64,000 nucleotides of DNA. Source: Lama guanicoe. Taxonomy: Eukaryota. The stretch spans positions 5,715,757-5,779,756 of the forward strand of contig MU054187.1 of the NCBI GenBank assembly GCA_013239625.1. Direction: 5' to 3'. The translations under genes were made by a program, and so were the position numbers. Below are positions 53,091 through 64,000 of the stretch, in pieces. Numbering within the stretch: the first letter of the stretch is position 1; every line of letters starts with the position of its first letter. The notes under the pieces were generated by a model. The model saw only the letters and a program-made list of their open reading frames with translations. It did not search any database and had not been told where the DNA came from.

Positions 53091-53419
53091 CTGCGTGGCC
53101 ACACGGACACGTCGTGGAAAAGCAAGTCGGTTAAACACAGTTTTGAAGAGTTCAACAACAATTTTCAAAGTCACAAACTGCCCAAAACACACTTCTTCTC
53201 AGATTGAGGCCACTTTTAAAGTAGAGCCTCACCTAGGTATTTTTAAACTTATCAGATGGAGAAAAATAATCAACAGAAAAATATAACTAATCTTACTATT
53301 ATTTATAGTGATTTCTATCAATGGATCACCATGTGTATTTAAATGTGGTTATATGAACTGGATATATATAAACTTGATACACTCTGCGATATATAGATAC
53401 ACACTTGATGTATATACAG

Positions 53420-53600
53420 TAAGTTAATTAACTTATTTAACCCTTGCGGCAAACCAATGAGATAGGTCCTACTGTTTGCCCCATTTTTCAGATGGGGAAA
53501 TGGAGTCACGGAGGGTTACCTGACATGCCCAAGGTCACTGGGATAGTAACTGGCAAAGCCAGTACTCGAACCACAGCAGTCTGGCTTCAAAGTCTGTGTG
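53420..53600 (-). mobile_element. MIR SINE
   Basis: CCCATTTTTCAGATGGGGAAATGGAGTCACGGAGGGTTACCTGACATGCCCAAGGTCAC. Confidence 0.8.
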
Positions 53601-53972
53601 TTGATATTATCTTTTAAAAATTCATTTCTATAAATATTTTTGTAAAATGCAAAAAAAAAAGTCAATAATTTGTAACTACTGAGATTTAAGGAAGAGACTG
53701 CTTAAGTTGTTCCTGGGTGTGATTATTTAGAGCTTTTGATTCTTTTAAGAATGTTAAATCATGTGTCTGATTTTCATAATAAAAATGAGAGATAAAGTCT
53801 GTGTGTTAACCATTCTGTTCAAGCTACTTCTATATTGTTCTTCACCAGTAAAATATTAAAATCGTCTTATGATGGAATGAAAGAAATCATTCTTATGAAA
53901 TCCTTTATTCCTGCGTTTAGAATTTGTGATTAAATATGATGGGTAAACATTTAACACATGGCAAAAACTTGT

Positions 53973-54088
53973 TTGTTGTAGAGCAATTAAACGTAGAATG
54001 TAGAAGATATAATGCTTTGTTTGAAACACTTTGTTGTAGAGCAATTAAATGTAGAAAGTAGAAGATACAATGCTTTGTTTGAAACACT
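53973..54088. repeat. 58-bp tandem duplication with 3 mismatches, in CA8 intron 6
   Basis: TTGTTGTAGAGCAATTAAA(C/T)GTAGAA(T/A)GTAGAAGATA(T/C)AATGCTTTGTTTGAAACACT x2. Confidence 0.95.
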
Positions 54089-54648
54089 AAAATATTTCAC
54101 CTAATTTAGGCAGAGAAATGTGAAGACCAGAATTTTGCACAAAACAACCTTTACCTACAAATTATATTCTAAGTATTTTATACACAATTCTTACCTGTTC
54201 AGGCATACCTAAATTTTTAAGAATAATCGCTAAATAACATCATTGCAACACAGTATCACTGCAGTAGCTACATAACAGTATCATTGCAAATAATATCTAA
54301 TTTCAAAATTAGATACAGAGTTTATTTCATGCCAGAGATTAATAAGAACTTCACTGACCAATCATAGATGGTTATTATGCTCACACTTTACAAAGAGGTA
54401 GCAATTTGTACAAATGAAAACCCAAAGGAAACTCTTCACGGATTAAGGGAACTAGTGGCAAAGTGTTTACTGTTTCAAAAGATTTACTCCCACGTTTCGA
54501 GCCATCTGCAACTGGGACCAGCTACAGAGAATACAAACTGTAAAGAAACTTTACTAACTGATACTACATAGCTGTGCATCTTCTGAGGAAAACAAAGCAG
54601 GCACAGCCACAGTCAAAACGCATCTCAGGCAACCTGGTAAATGCTTAC

Positions 54649-54697
54649 CTGGTAATAAAGTGTTAGGATTAAAGCAGGGTATTATTTTGGACTTCCC
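54649..54697 (-). CDS. CA8: CA8 coding exon (exon 6), 49 bp, phase 0/1
   Basis: Translates to GKSKIIPCFNPNTLLP plus the G of the split Asp codon. Acceptor is ...ttcaatttttcag and donor is CAG|gtaagc. Confidence 0.96.
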
Positions 54698-56278
54698 CTG
54701 AAAAATTGAAGAAAAAATAAAAGTTACCCCATAAGATTAACATAAATCTCTAAATTTTAGAATAAAAAATTTCATTATCACTAAAACTCCAGGTTGAAGT
54801 CATTTCTGGATGGCGGTATCAGAACCCATGGATGTGTGGTGTGTCAATCAATGTCTCCCCGTCGGAGCCACCGTGGCCGGTTCCAACAAGACAGCCCTGC
54901 TCCGAGTCTGTCGCGGCTTTCTTTGCTGTGGCAGCTCAAACTGCCCTGCAGTCCCTGGTGTGAAACTTAAAACTGCCCCATGTTTGTCTGTCCCATGTCA
55001 CTACCTTTCCTGCCGCGGGCACACCCCGACCGGAGACCCGGGCCTTGGCTCAGGGAGTTCTTCTGCAGCAACTTTCCTCCCGGTTCTCGGATCTCAGTCC
55101 CTAACCTTCTCGGCAGCACAAGCTGCCTCCCAAGTTCTCGTTCACCCCGAGTGGGTTCGGGAGCTCAGCTCCAGGCTCTGGTCTACATGCTCTCCTCTCC
55201 CCGAGAGAGAGGACTGGCACTCAAATGAAAATATTACATTTCAACATACATTGACCAAAACTAGATTTAAATTTCAATAAAATATGTATGCCGTTATTCA
55301 ACAATTCACACTTCTGGCCAATGGTTGAAAGAGTCCCATTTAAATTGTCAGGACCCAGATGTACCATGGCAGGTGGACGTCTCCTACAAGGTCGCCCTAT
55401 TAACACAGACATAACAGGGAAGAATAATGCATAACCTCTTAACATCTTCCTTACTTCTCGGGACGACTGGACACATGAAAGAATGCAACATACTTGCCTC
55501 CCACCACCCTCCTGTCGTCCACAGTGACTGACGTCACACGGATCAGCTGAAGCAACAGAGGAAAACTTCTCCATGTATTTCTATCGGACAAATGTCAGTG
55601 AAAATGTGTCCTTGTCCCCTTTTTTACCAGCTTCTGTGGCCAGTCCGTGCTTTCCCTTGGGAGCTGCATTCCCTGTGAGCCTGCTCAGGGCGCCTTCTGC
55701 AGAGGTTCTCACCCAGGTCAAGACGCTTGGGGCTCACGCTGGTGTAGCGCTAATCAGACTTCATTCCCAGATGGACTTTAGGATTGTGCCTTGGGTCTTG
55801 GGGTCCCCGTGCTGTTCCGGCAGCCACGCAGGACTGAACTACTCCCTCCTCCAAAGCCACTCGGATTCTACTGACTCGAGGTGAGCGTACAAGGCACTGT
55901 TCGTGATAGAACTTGGTTCCCTACATCGCCAGGCTGATGATGGACCTCACTACAGGGTCCAGTCAACCCACATCACCCTCTCCGGGATATACTGTCTTAC
56001 GGCTTATGTGGACTTGCCCTTTTTCCTTTTTACATAAACACTTCAAAGTGTGATTGCCACAATTTTTGTTTCATTTACACTACTTTCTTACAACCAATGG
56101 GTGGAAAGGGTTAACTCAGCAGGCCTGGATTGCTCAAATCCTGCACAATCCAAAAAAAAAAAAACACCTGTCTTCAAGACTGGGCATCCACCGTTTTCAC
56201 TGTGCTGACTTCTGATCTAGGTCCCTCCACTGGAATAAACCACAACCAGGGGAATGGCAGCTTGTCTCTGAGCCCTTC

Positions 56279-56502
56279 TCGTGAGTCCTTAAGCCTGATG
56301 GCAGACTTGGAAAGCCCTTACACAACCTGTACCTTTATTTTCTTTTAAATGATGACCTACCTTATACTGGATGTCTTGGAGGATTTCAGTCGTGAGTCCT
56401 TAAGCCTGATGGCAGACTTGGAAAGCCCTTACACAACCTGTACCTTTATTTTCTTTTAAATGATGACCTACCTTATACTGGATGTCTTGGAGGATTTCAG
56501 TC
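56279..56502. repeat. Perfect 111-bp tandem duplication overlapping the 3' end and donor of CA8 exon 5
   Basis: 56281-56391 is identical to 56392-56502, with a TC microhomology at the junctions. Confidence 0.97.
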
Positions 56503-56534
56503 ACAGCCTTCAGGCCTATGTGTTCTTTTCCTAT
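56472..56534 (-). CDS. CA8: CA8 coding exon (exon 5), 63 bp, phase 0/0
   Basis: Translates to [21 protein letters not shown]. Acceptor is ...atacatttcag and donor is AAG|gtaggt. Confidence 0.97.
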
Positions 56535-56679
56535 CTGAAATGTATAGAGCATAAACCACAATTGTAACACTTTTAAATATTTTCAATATGTAGCTTTTAC
56601 TCAAAAAGTTCACCCAAATGTCCTTCTTAGGGAATAAATGACCTTTTCACTTTTTTAATTTTTTAAATCTTCAACCAGT

Positions 56680-57052
56680 TTTTTATTTATTTATGTATTT
56701 ATTTTACAATATCGTATTTTTAAACTATAGTTGATGCACAATATTATGTTACAGGTGTACAACATAGTGATTTACCAATTTTTAAATGTTATACTCCACT
56801 TATAGTTATTATAAAATACTGGCTGTATTCCCCACAGTGCACAACACACCCTTGTAGCTTACCTTATACCTGATAGTTTGTGCCTCTTAATCCTCCACCC
56901 CCATCTTGCTCCTCCCCTTCCCTCTCCCCACTGACAACCATTAGCTCCTTCTCTACCTCTGTGAGTCTGTTTCTTTTCTGTTACATTCACTGGTTGTATG
57001 TTTTTAGATTCCACATGTAAGTAATATCTTACAGTATTTGTCTTTCTCTATA
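56680..57052 (-). mobile_element. L1 3' end in reverse orientation
   Basis: TATAGTTGATGCACAATATTATGTTACAGGTGTACAACATAGTGAT...TTTAGATTCCACATGTAAGTAATATCTTACAGTATTTGTCTTTCTC. Confidence 0.85.
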
Positions 57053-58204
57053 ACGACCTTTTTATTAGTAACCAGAACAATGTCTACTAAAGGCAATTAA
57101 AGTTGTAACAGAAGCCAGCACAAGCAAGTATTATATATGTTCCCGGACATTTCCAAGAATCCGTTCTAACTTCACCTTGCTAGGTCAGGTTTCACCCACT
57201 GTGCTACATACATATATGTGTATATCAAATCATATAGTTATATATATATAATCACATAATACTGCAATATAAAAACTTGGAGGGTATTTCTGAATGAAAA
57301 TTATTCATCACATGCCCAAAGCCTTCCATTTTCACTTTTGGCATTTCTAGGTCATTGCTATAAAGATTTTGCCAAAGTTGAAAAAATGTTATTAACTCAG
57401 AAAAATGAGTTTGTGATTTCATATGTAAAGACCACCAAAATCAGAACAACATTCCCTGATTACCACCGGCAATAGTTCTACAATCACTTTTTATTCTTAA
57501 ATAAATAAGAAAATGCTGTCCGTAGCTGTCTATTTTAGAGCATCCTACACCATTCGTTGCAGATTTCGTATATAAAGTGTTCCAAAGAATTTGAGACTTT
57601 AAACAGAATATGATATTAAGTATCCTTGACTTTAAAAATTCTCAGTGCAATCTGATTTCCACTTTTTAGCCAGGTTTCAATGGTCTAGGACAAAGGAGGA
57701 CAGAGACAATTTATAACATCAGATAAACCACCCTTGTTACCATTCGCCTTCCCGCTTCCACATGAATTTTGGAGAATGACCTACAAGGAGCTAGAAGAGC
57801 TGTCAGCCACCATGTTCACATCCCTGTTTCTCTCCACGTGAACCAACCGGGAAACGTACTGGGTGAAAAAGGCATCAGAAAGGAAATAAACGTAAAATGA
57901 GCCAACCAGTTCAAGATAATCAAGACTTTATTTCCCAAGTGTTTGCAATTCCTGAGATAGGTTCTAAAAACAGAAAATGAATTTTCTGTAGTTAGAGAAA
58001 AAGAAAAGATGTCTTAGGGGAATGTATTCCTGAGCGGTAAAGCCTGGACCTGCAGGCAGAGCCCTCTGCCCGGTCTTTACGGGAAGGACCCTCTGTTGCG
58101 CTGGTTCAACCACGATGTCTGTGCCTACAGTTGGCGTCTGTTCTCGCTTCCTGCGTCTCTTGTCAGATCGTAACTCCGAAGAGTACACATCTGAACGCTG
58201 TAAG

Positions 58205-58410
58205 GCCACGTAATGTAGTGGCTCAGGGGAGCACTCGCATTGGACGCTGGGTTCGGATCCTGACTCATTTTTTAGCCTTGAGCTAGTTTCCTTAACCTCT
58301 GTGTCCTTCAGCCTCCTCCTCTGTCCAGAGGGGAGGGTAAAAGTGATGGGGTCGAAGATAAGACTTAATCAAGCAAAAACCTTAGCCCAGGGCACAGTGC
58401 ATCGTAATTC
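58205..58410 (+). mobile_element. MIR SINE
   Basis: TGTAGTGGCTCAGGGGAGCAC...CTGGGTTCGGATCCTGACTC...CTTAACCTCTGTGTCCTTCAGCCTCCTCCTCTGT. Confidence 0.65.
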
Positions 58411-58849
58411 AGGGAAAATCACCCTTATCACTCTTAATCAGAATGCCACACAGCACCCGATCCAGTTTCCACATAAAGCAGCACTTTATTACTGGCTCCT
58501 CCTATATTTGTATCTAACTATAAAATTCTTTGCTTTATGGGCAAAACTATCTTGCCACCAACTCCAGCTATTGCTCCATCTCTTTCCTTTCCTTCCGTGT
58601 CAAATTTTTGAATGAAGACGTTACAACTACTCCCAAAAGAAAGTGTAGCTGACACTCTGCATATCCCAGCCCCTAAAATCCTACAGTGGTCCAGGTGACC
58701 ACACAACCTGGTGCCAAGCGTCCCCCAGGAACCAGGCAACTTCTGACCTCCCCCTTTTGCCATCGTTCACCGCCACCCAACATGCTAGCTCTCTGGTCAG
58801 TTTCCTGTCCTAGAACTCGGCCCCACACAGCTCTGCATTTTTCCACTTC

Positions 58850-60330
58850 TAACTCTAGTCTCCTCTCATCTTCCACTGTGCCTTCTGAAACAGGACGATG
58901 CCATGTCTTTGACAAGCTCTCCATCACCTCCTGGTCTATGCCAAGCCCTCAGGTGTGCTCGGGGTCACAGGCCTCCCATGCCTTTTGAAGGGACACTGCA
59001 CAGTCTCCCTCAGAGACAGGACTGCGAACCTTCAAGTGGGTACTCAGACTCTCAAGCACAGGGCCATCCTCCTCTGAGTGGACCATCTTCCTCTGATGCT
59101 GATCTGCTCTGCTTGTCATTTACTGACCACTGGTCACTCCCTGCAGTCATCACCTCTGGCCGTCACTCTGGAGGACTTCGACATCCACGTGGGTGACCTG
59201 TCCCCTCCCCGGTCTCTCTTTACCCCTCAGTCAGTGCCTCTCAGCTCCATTCCCCCTCAGCCAACCAGTCCTGAGAACACACCTTGGATCTGTTTTCACT
59301 CTGAGAACTGCAACTCCAAAGGCCATCCCCTCTGACCGTAGCGGCTCATCCATCCAGCCCTCTCCTCTTTCCTCTCTCTTTCCACTCACTGAGCTGGGGA
59401 AGCCAAGCCCCCCGCGGGTCCCTCTTGGCTTCGTCTCTCCCCCTTCCTGCCTGAATGACATCTCCTCAACCATTCTCGATTCCCTAATCCGCCCCATGCC
59501 CTCCCCTCTGCAGTGATGGAGCGATGCAGCAATTTGCCAGAATTCTCTCCTCCTCTACCTGGATAGAGAACTGCCCCCGATACAATCTGTGATGTCCAAC
59601 ATCGGGCGGGTCTCCCACACTGACTGTCAAGTTTATTGTCATTCCCCTCCTGCACTATTTCAGAACCCAATCCCACACCCACATTTCCTTTGCTCTGTAA
59701 ATAAGTTTGCTTTGCATGTCTCAGAGATAATAAAGGTCATCAGGCCTGAACCCTCCTAATTTCCTGGCTTTCTTCACCTACAAATTCACCCCATTTGTGC
59801 CCACCCTTTCCTCTTGGCCCTCTAGTTCAGAGGAAGGGTGGGTCCCCTCCCGTCCAAGGTTAGTCCATCCAGATACGCGCTCCATCCCGTGCCCTCTTCC
59901 CTCCTCTGGGACTTCCCTGCATCAATTATCCCCGTTCTGGCTGATATTTTTAAACTGTATCTGCACAAGTTCATTTTGCTCAGAGTGAAAACACAGACCC
60001 ATCTCAAGATCTCAAAATCAAACAAACAGAAGCCCGTGGATACCTCACCACCAGGAATCCATCTGTCTTTCCTGAGTCAGGCTTCTTGAAAGGGGAGTCC
60101 ACACGCACCGCTCCGACCCCCCCCCCTCCGATTCTCCCATCCCTCTGGCTGGAGAGCAAGCCCCCGGGATGCGGGTCCTTTCCTCTGCGCCTCGGCCGAC
60201 ACTCCTGGGAAACCCTTCCTTCCTCCGTGAACGTCTGCTCTTGTAGTTTCTGTAACTTCACTCTCTCCTGAGAAAGGCGTTTTCACGTGGACACCCTGAG
60301 TTTCCCTCGAATGGGAAGTCAGAACCATGT
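58850..60330 (+). mobile_element. Decayed L2 ORF2 internal region (endonuclease to RT)
   Basis: The ORF at 59078 contains VTLEDFDIHVGD, resembling the L2/CR1 endonuclease motif ILGDFNIHVD. Strong pyrimidine bias, and TTTGCATGTCTCAGAGATAATAAAGGTCATCAG resembles the L2 F..KI..IR region. Confidence 0.6.
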
Positions 60331-61036
60331 GCAAGCGTCTCTTGCCTCCAGGAACGAGTCTGTTCCAGGAAACAGGGATGTTGGTTCCAAGAGACTTGGC
60401 TTCCAGTCCAGGGCTTGATTACGCCAGTCAGCTGGTCTACGCTGAGAGGCAGTAAGGGAACATATCACATTATCATTCTTAATTCCACTCACAAGTATTT
60501 ATCGAGTGCCCCCTCCAAAGATGGAACTAACCTGTTCCTTTCCCTTCTATACATGACTGTTTGGTTATTTGTATTCTTATTTTTATTTGTATTCCTATTT
60601 TACTCTATTTTTTAATAATAAGATATTAATTTCTACTGTCTCACGTTGTGAAATTTGGATGCTCTGTTAATTTTTTCAGGTTACAAAAAATGGATTTTAA
60701 CAGTTATTACTAAAATATGCTAAAGATTATCCAAATACGTATGTAGGGTAATTTAAAACGTTTCCACGAATATTTTGTTATTCCATTCTATTTATACAAT
60801 GTGGTCATAAAATAGAAGGAATGTAGGGCCCTTGTCTGTGAAGAAGCCATGAAATAAACAGTGAGAAGAAGATTCATTTTAAAATATAAGGATTTCACCA
60901 GAAACTAACACAACACTGTAAGCCAACTACACTTCAATTAAAAAATTTAAATAAAAATAAATAAAGAGTAAGGATTTGTTTTTAAATTTGAGGGTATGTC
61001 TCACACTTTCAATTTTAAAATATTAAAAGGCTAAAA

Positions 61037-62028
61037 TTGAGTATCACAAAAAAAAACCCACAAACAATCCAATAAAAAAATGGGCATAAAACCTAAATAG
61101 ACATTTCTCTGAAGAAGACATACAGATGGCCAGCAGGCCCATGAAACCATGCTCAACATCACTAATAATTGTAGAGAAATGCAAATCAAAACCACAATGA
61201 GGTGACACCTCACACCAGTCAGAATGGCCATCAGAAAGGTCTACAAATAATATATGATGGAGAGGGTGTGGAGAAAAAGGAACTTTCCTACACTGTTGTG
61301 GAAATGTAAATTGGTTCAACCACTGTGGAGGACAGTATGGAGGTTCCTTAAGAAAAAAAAAACTAAAAATAGAGCTACCATATAATCCAGCAATCCCATG
61401 CCCGGGCATATATCCAGAGAAAACTCTAATTAAAAAAGATACATGCACCTCCCAATGTTCACAGCAGCACTATTTACCACAGCCAAGACGTGGGAGCAAC
61501 CTAAGTGTCCATCAGCAGATGACTGGATAAAGAAGATGTGGTACATCTATACCATGGAATATTACTCAGCCATAAAAAAGGAATGAAATAATGCCATCTG
61601 CAGCAACATGGATGGACCTAAAGGTTATCATACTAAGTGAAGTAAGTCAGACAAAGACAAATATCACATGATATCACTTATGTGGAATCAAAAAAAAATG
61701 CTAAAAATGAGCTTATTTATAAAACAGAAATAGACTCACAGACATAAAAACTGAACTTATGGTTATCAAAAGGGAAAGGTGGGAGGGGATAAATTAGGAG
61801 TTTGGGATTAATATATACACATTATCATATATAAAAAAGATAAACAACAAGGTCCCACTGTATAGCACAGGGAACTATGTTCAGTATCGTGTAATAATCT
61901 ATCATGAGAAAGAATCTGAAAAAGAATATATATACATATATAGATATATATATATATCTGAATCACTTTGCTGTACACCTGAAACTAACACAACATTGTA
62001 AATCAACCAAACTTCAATTTAAAAAAAA
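61037..62028 (+). mobile_element. 5'-truncated L1 (ORF2 C-terminus plus 3'UTR) with TSD
   Basis: AGAGAAATGCAAATCAAAACCACAATGAGGTGACACCTCACACCAGTCAGAATGGC ([18 protein letters not shown]) and a poly-A tail. TSD AAAAGGCTAAAA at 61025-61036 and 62029-62040. Confidence 0.92.
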
Positions 62029-63067
62029 AAAAGGCTAAAACTATAAGGCTACTTTCAAATATCAACAGAGAAATATCTTAGAGGTATTTATAAGAGGAAA
62101 TTATTATAATTAAAATTATTGAAATTATATGCCGGCTAAAAAAAGCAGGTTTCAAAAGGCCCCTTCCTCAACCCTCTTTGGAAAATTCAGTTACTAAGGA
62201 CCACTATGCTAACATTGCTGTTTCAATCCCAGGCAATCCAAAGGCAGCCCAGGACCAGACAGCGTGGGCAACGGTTTCTGGCCCTGACTGGCGACAGTAA
62301 ATCCCTGTGTTACTATAAACAATGACTCGGTCTCTCCAGCCCTTGGTTTCTTTTCTGTAAGAGCGGGAAGAGGAAGCCTAAAATTTCCAGGGCCTCTTTC
62401 ACCTCTACATCTTTTATTACATCAAGCAGATGGTAAGACAAAGTTTAAAAGATTCACCTTAGGAACTGGATTGAATTCTTACCTTTGAAAGCGTATGGCC
62501 TGCTTTTGTACATTTCACTAAACTTATATACTACTCTTTGCCCACCAAGGGGCTCAGATCTCAACTTTATATTGTCTATATCCGCCAAGGTCTTTGCCGG
62601 TCTTATTTTATCAGTGTTTTCTATGAGGCACTTCGAATGACCTTAGAGTGAAAATTATAATAACAGATAGCGAAAAGAATCTACTACATGATTATAGTAT
62701 TGATTTTTCTTAGATTTTTGCAGTAAGCCAGGGTCCAAAAATATTCTCTGAAATTCATTTTCATCAATAAAATGAACTCCGTCTTCAGAAGACATTTTCT
62801 AAATCATTTCATAAAGACCCTGAATGTCACTCTGCAGAAAAGTTTCCAATAAGCAAATGAACCATTTTCTACCGATGAATGTGGCTGCTCAGACGTGACC
62901 CGTAACGGTCAAGTTTTCTATTTTTAAGATATCCACAGTTCCCTGTAAAAGTGTTTAGTGTCACCTCTAGGTCGTAAAATGGAGAGAGAACAAGAAGCAT
63001 TTCTGCAAAGTGAGTTAGAAATGAGCATCTCTGAGCAGCGTAACAAGCACTGCCGGGGGCCACTTAC

Positions 63068-63163
63068 CTGAACAAACAGAGCGATGATGGTGATTCCATG
63101 GGGCTTCCCCACAGCCTCATCAATACTGCCGAACAGGGTGGCGTTCCAGTGGATCAGGTGGAG
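63068..63163 (-). CDS. CA8: CA8 coding exon (equivalent to human exon 4), 96 bp, phase 0/0
   Basis: Translates to [32 protein letters not shown], matching the recalled CA8 sequence with the alpha-CA (E)LHLxHWN motif. Minus-strand acceptor is ...tccttgctcacccag and donor is CAG|gtaagt. Confidence 0.97.
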
Positions 63164-64000
63164 CTGGGTGAGCAAGGACAGACACGTGAGCTTGTCACTT
63201 CATGTAAAGATGCATCAGCTTCCCCTTGACCTTGACCGTATCAACATGGTACCATACGCAACAGGAGTATCACAAATAGACACAAAGAGACTGCTGGTTC
63301 AACACTGGCTCTCTGCGTGAATTCCTTCCTTCTCGTTTCCGAGCAGAAGCGGGGCTTAACGGATCACGTCCTCTCAAGGCCTGCCTTAGCGTTCATCAGG
63401 AGCACATCACAGGGGGCTCTCAGGTTTCACACTGAGTCAGTCGCCCTTCCTTAAACGCCATCCCCTCTGGCTCACTCACGCAGAGGCTAAGGACCCGCGT
63501 ACTCCAGTACCCTGTGGCCCAGTGCTTCCATCAAGGATAATACAAAGCCAGTCTCGAATTCTGTGAACGATTTCAACTCAGAACTATCCAGAGATAGCAT
63601 CCTAGAAAAAGTGCTGCACCTTCTTACAGCAGGGTAACGTAATGGATGCTGATGCAGCGCTCTTCCTGCCCTGGAGATAAAACGCTATCTGTGAAGGAAT
63701 GACGAACAATGCTCTAGAGAACTCCCTCACGCCTAGCCGCATAAAACTCCGCAGCTTTCAAGTTTATCTGGAATATGCACTTGCTCCCACAGCGCTGATA
63801 AAACACTCGCGAGAAGCCAAATTCAATTCCCTGGTTAAAATCAAACGGCCACGGAGGGTCTCAGTATAACGACAGCCAGGTAAACCTGCCTAGAACACTC
63901 ATCTTCACCACTTCAGCTTTAATCAAGTCATCATGACACACCACCTTAAAACACAGCCTCACTTAAAAATTAGTTTTAATCCAAAAGGACATACTAAAAT

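Noticed and set aside
56361..56391. Duplicated piece of exon 5 as an independent extra exon
   Set aside because: The copy lacks the exon-5 acceptor and polypyrimidine tract. Nearby AGs would leave an intron of only about 66-73 nt with a weak pyrimidine tract. It is treated as an alternative donor instead.
62924..63175. 83-aa ORF as a stand-alone gene
   Set aside because: It is CA8 exon 4 plus read-through into the flanking introns.
1..64000. A novel multi-component system (prokaryotic-style operon, defence locus, array or intact mobile element)
   Set aside because: All protein-like signals map to CA8 exons or decayed LINE ORFs. I saw no intact transposase, RT or ERV gene and no repeat-spacer array.

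Overview
Mammalian genomic DNA, most likely a camelid (alpaca or camel lineage), judged from three tRNA-Ala-like Vic-1-type SINEs. The window holds the 3' half of CA8 (carbonic anhydrase-related protein VIII) on the minus strand. Five coding exons lie at 63068-63163, 56472-56534, 54649-54697, 52978-53090 and 41783-41917 (stop TAG), all with canonical AG/GT boundaries and consistent phases. A non-coding terminal exon starts at 24814 after an intron of about 17 kb. Exons 1-3 lie beyond the right edge, and 1-23.6 kb is downstream intergenic DNA. The rest is ordinary repeat-rich mammalian sequence (L1, L2, CR1/L3, MIR, MER5, LTR fragments, microsatellites). The most notable anomalies are a perfect 111-bp tandem duplication that copies the CA8 exon-5 donor site, and a ~2-kb near-identical duplication around two N gaps that is probably an assembly artefact. 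I found no convincing evidence for a new multi-gene system. Repeat family names and comparisons with human CA8 come from recalled sequences, not database searches.
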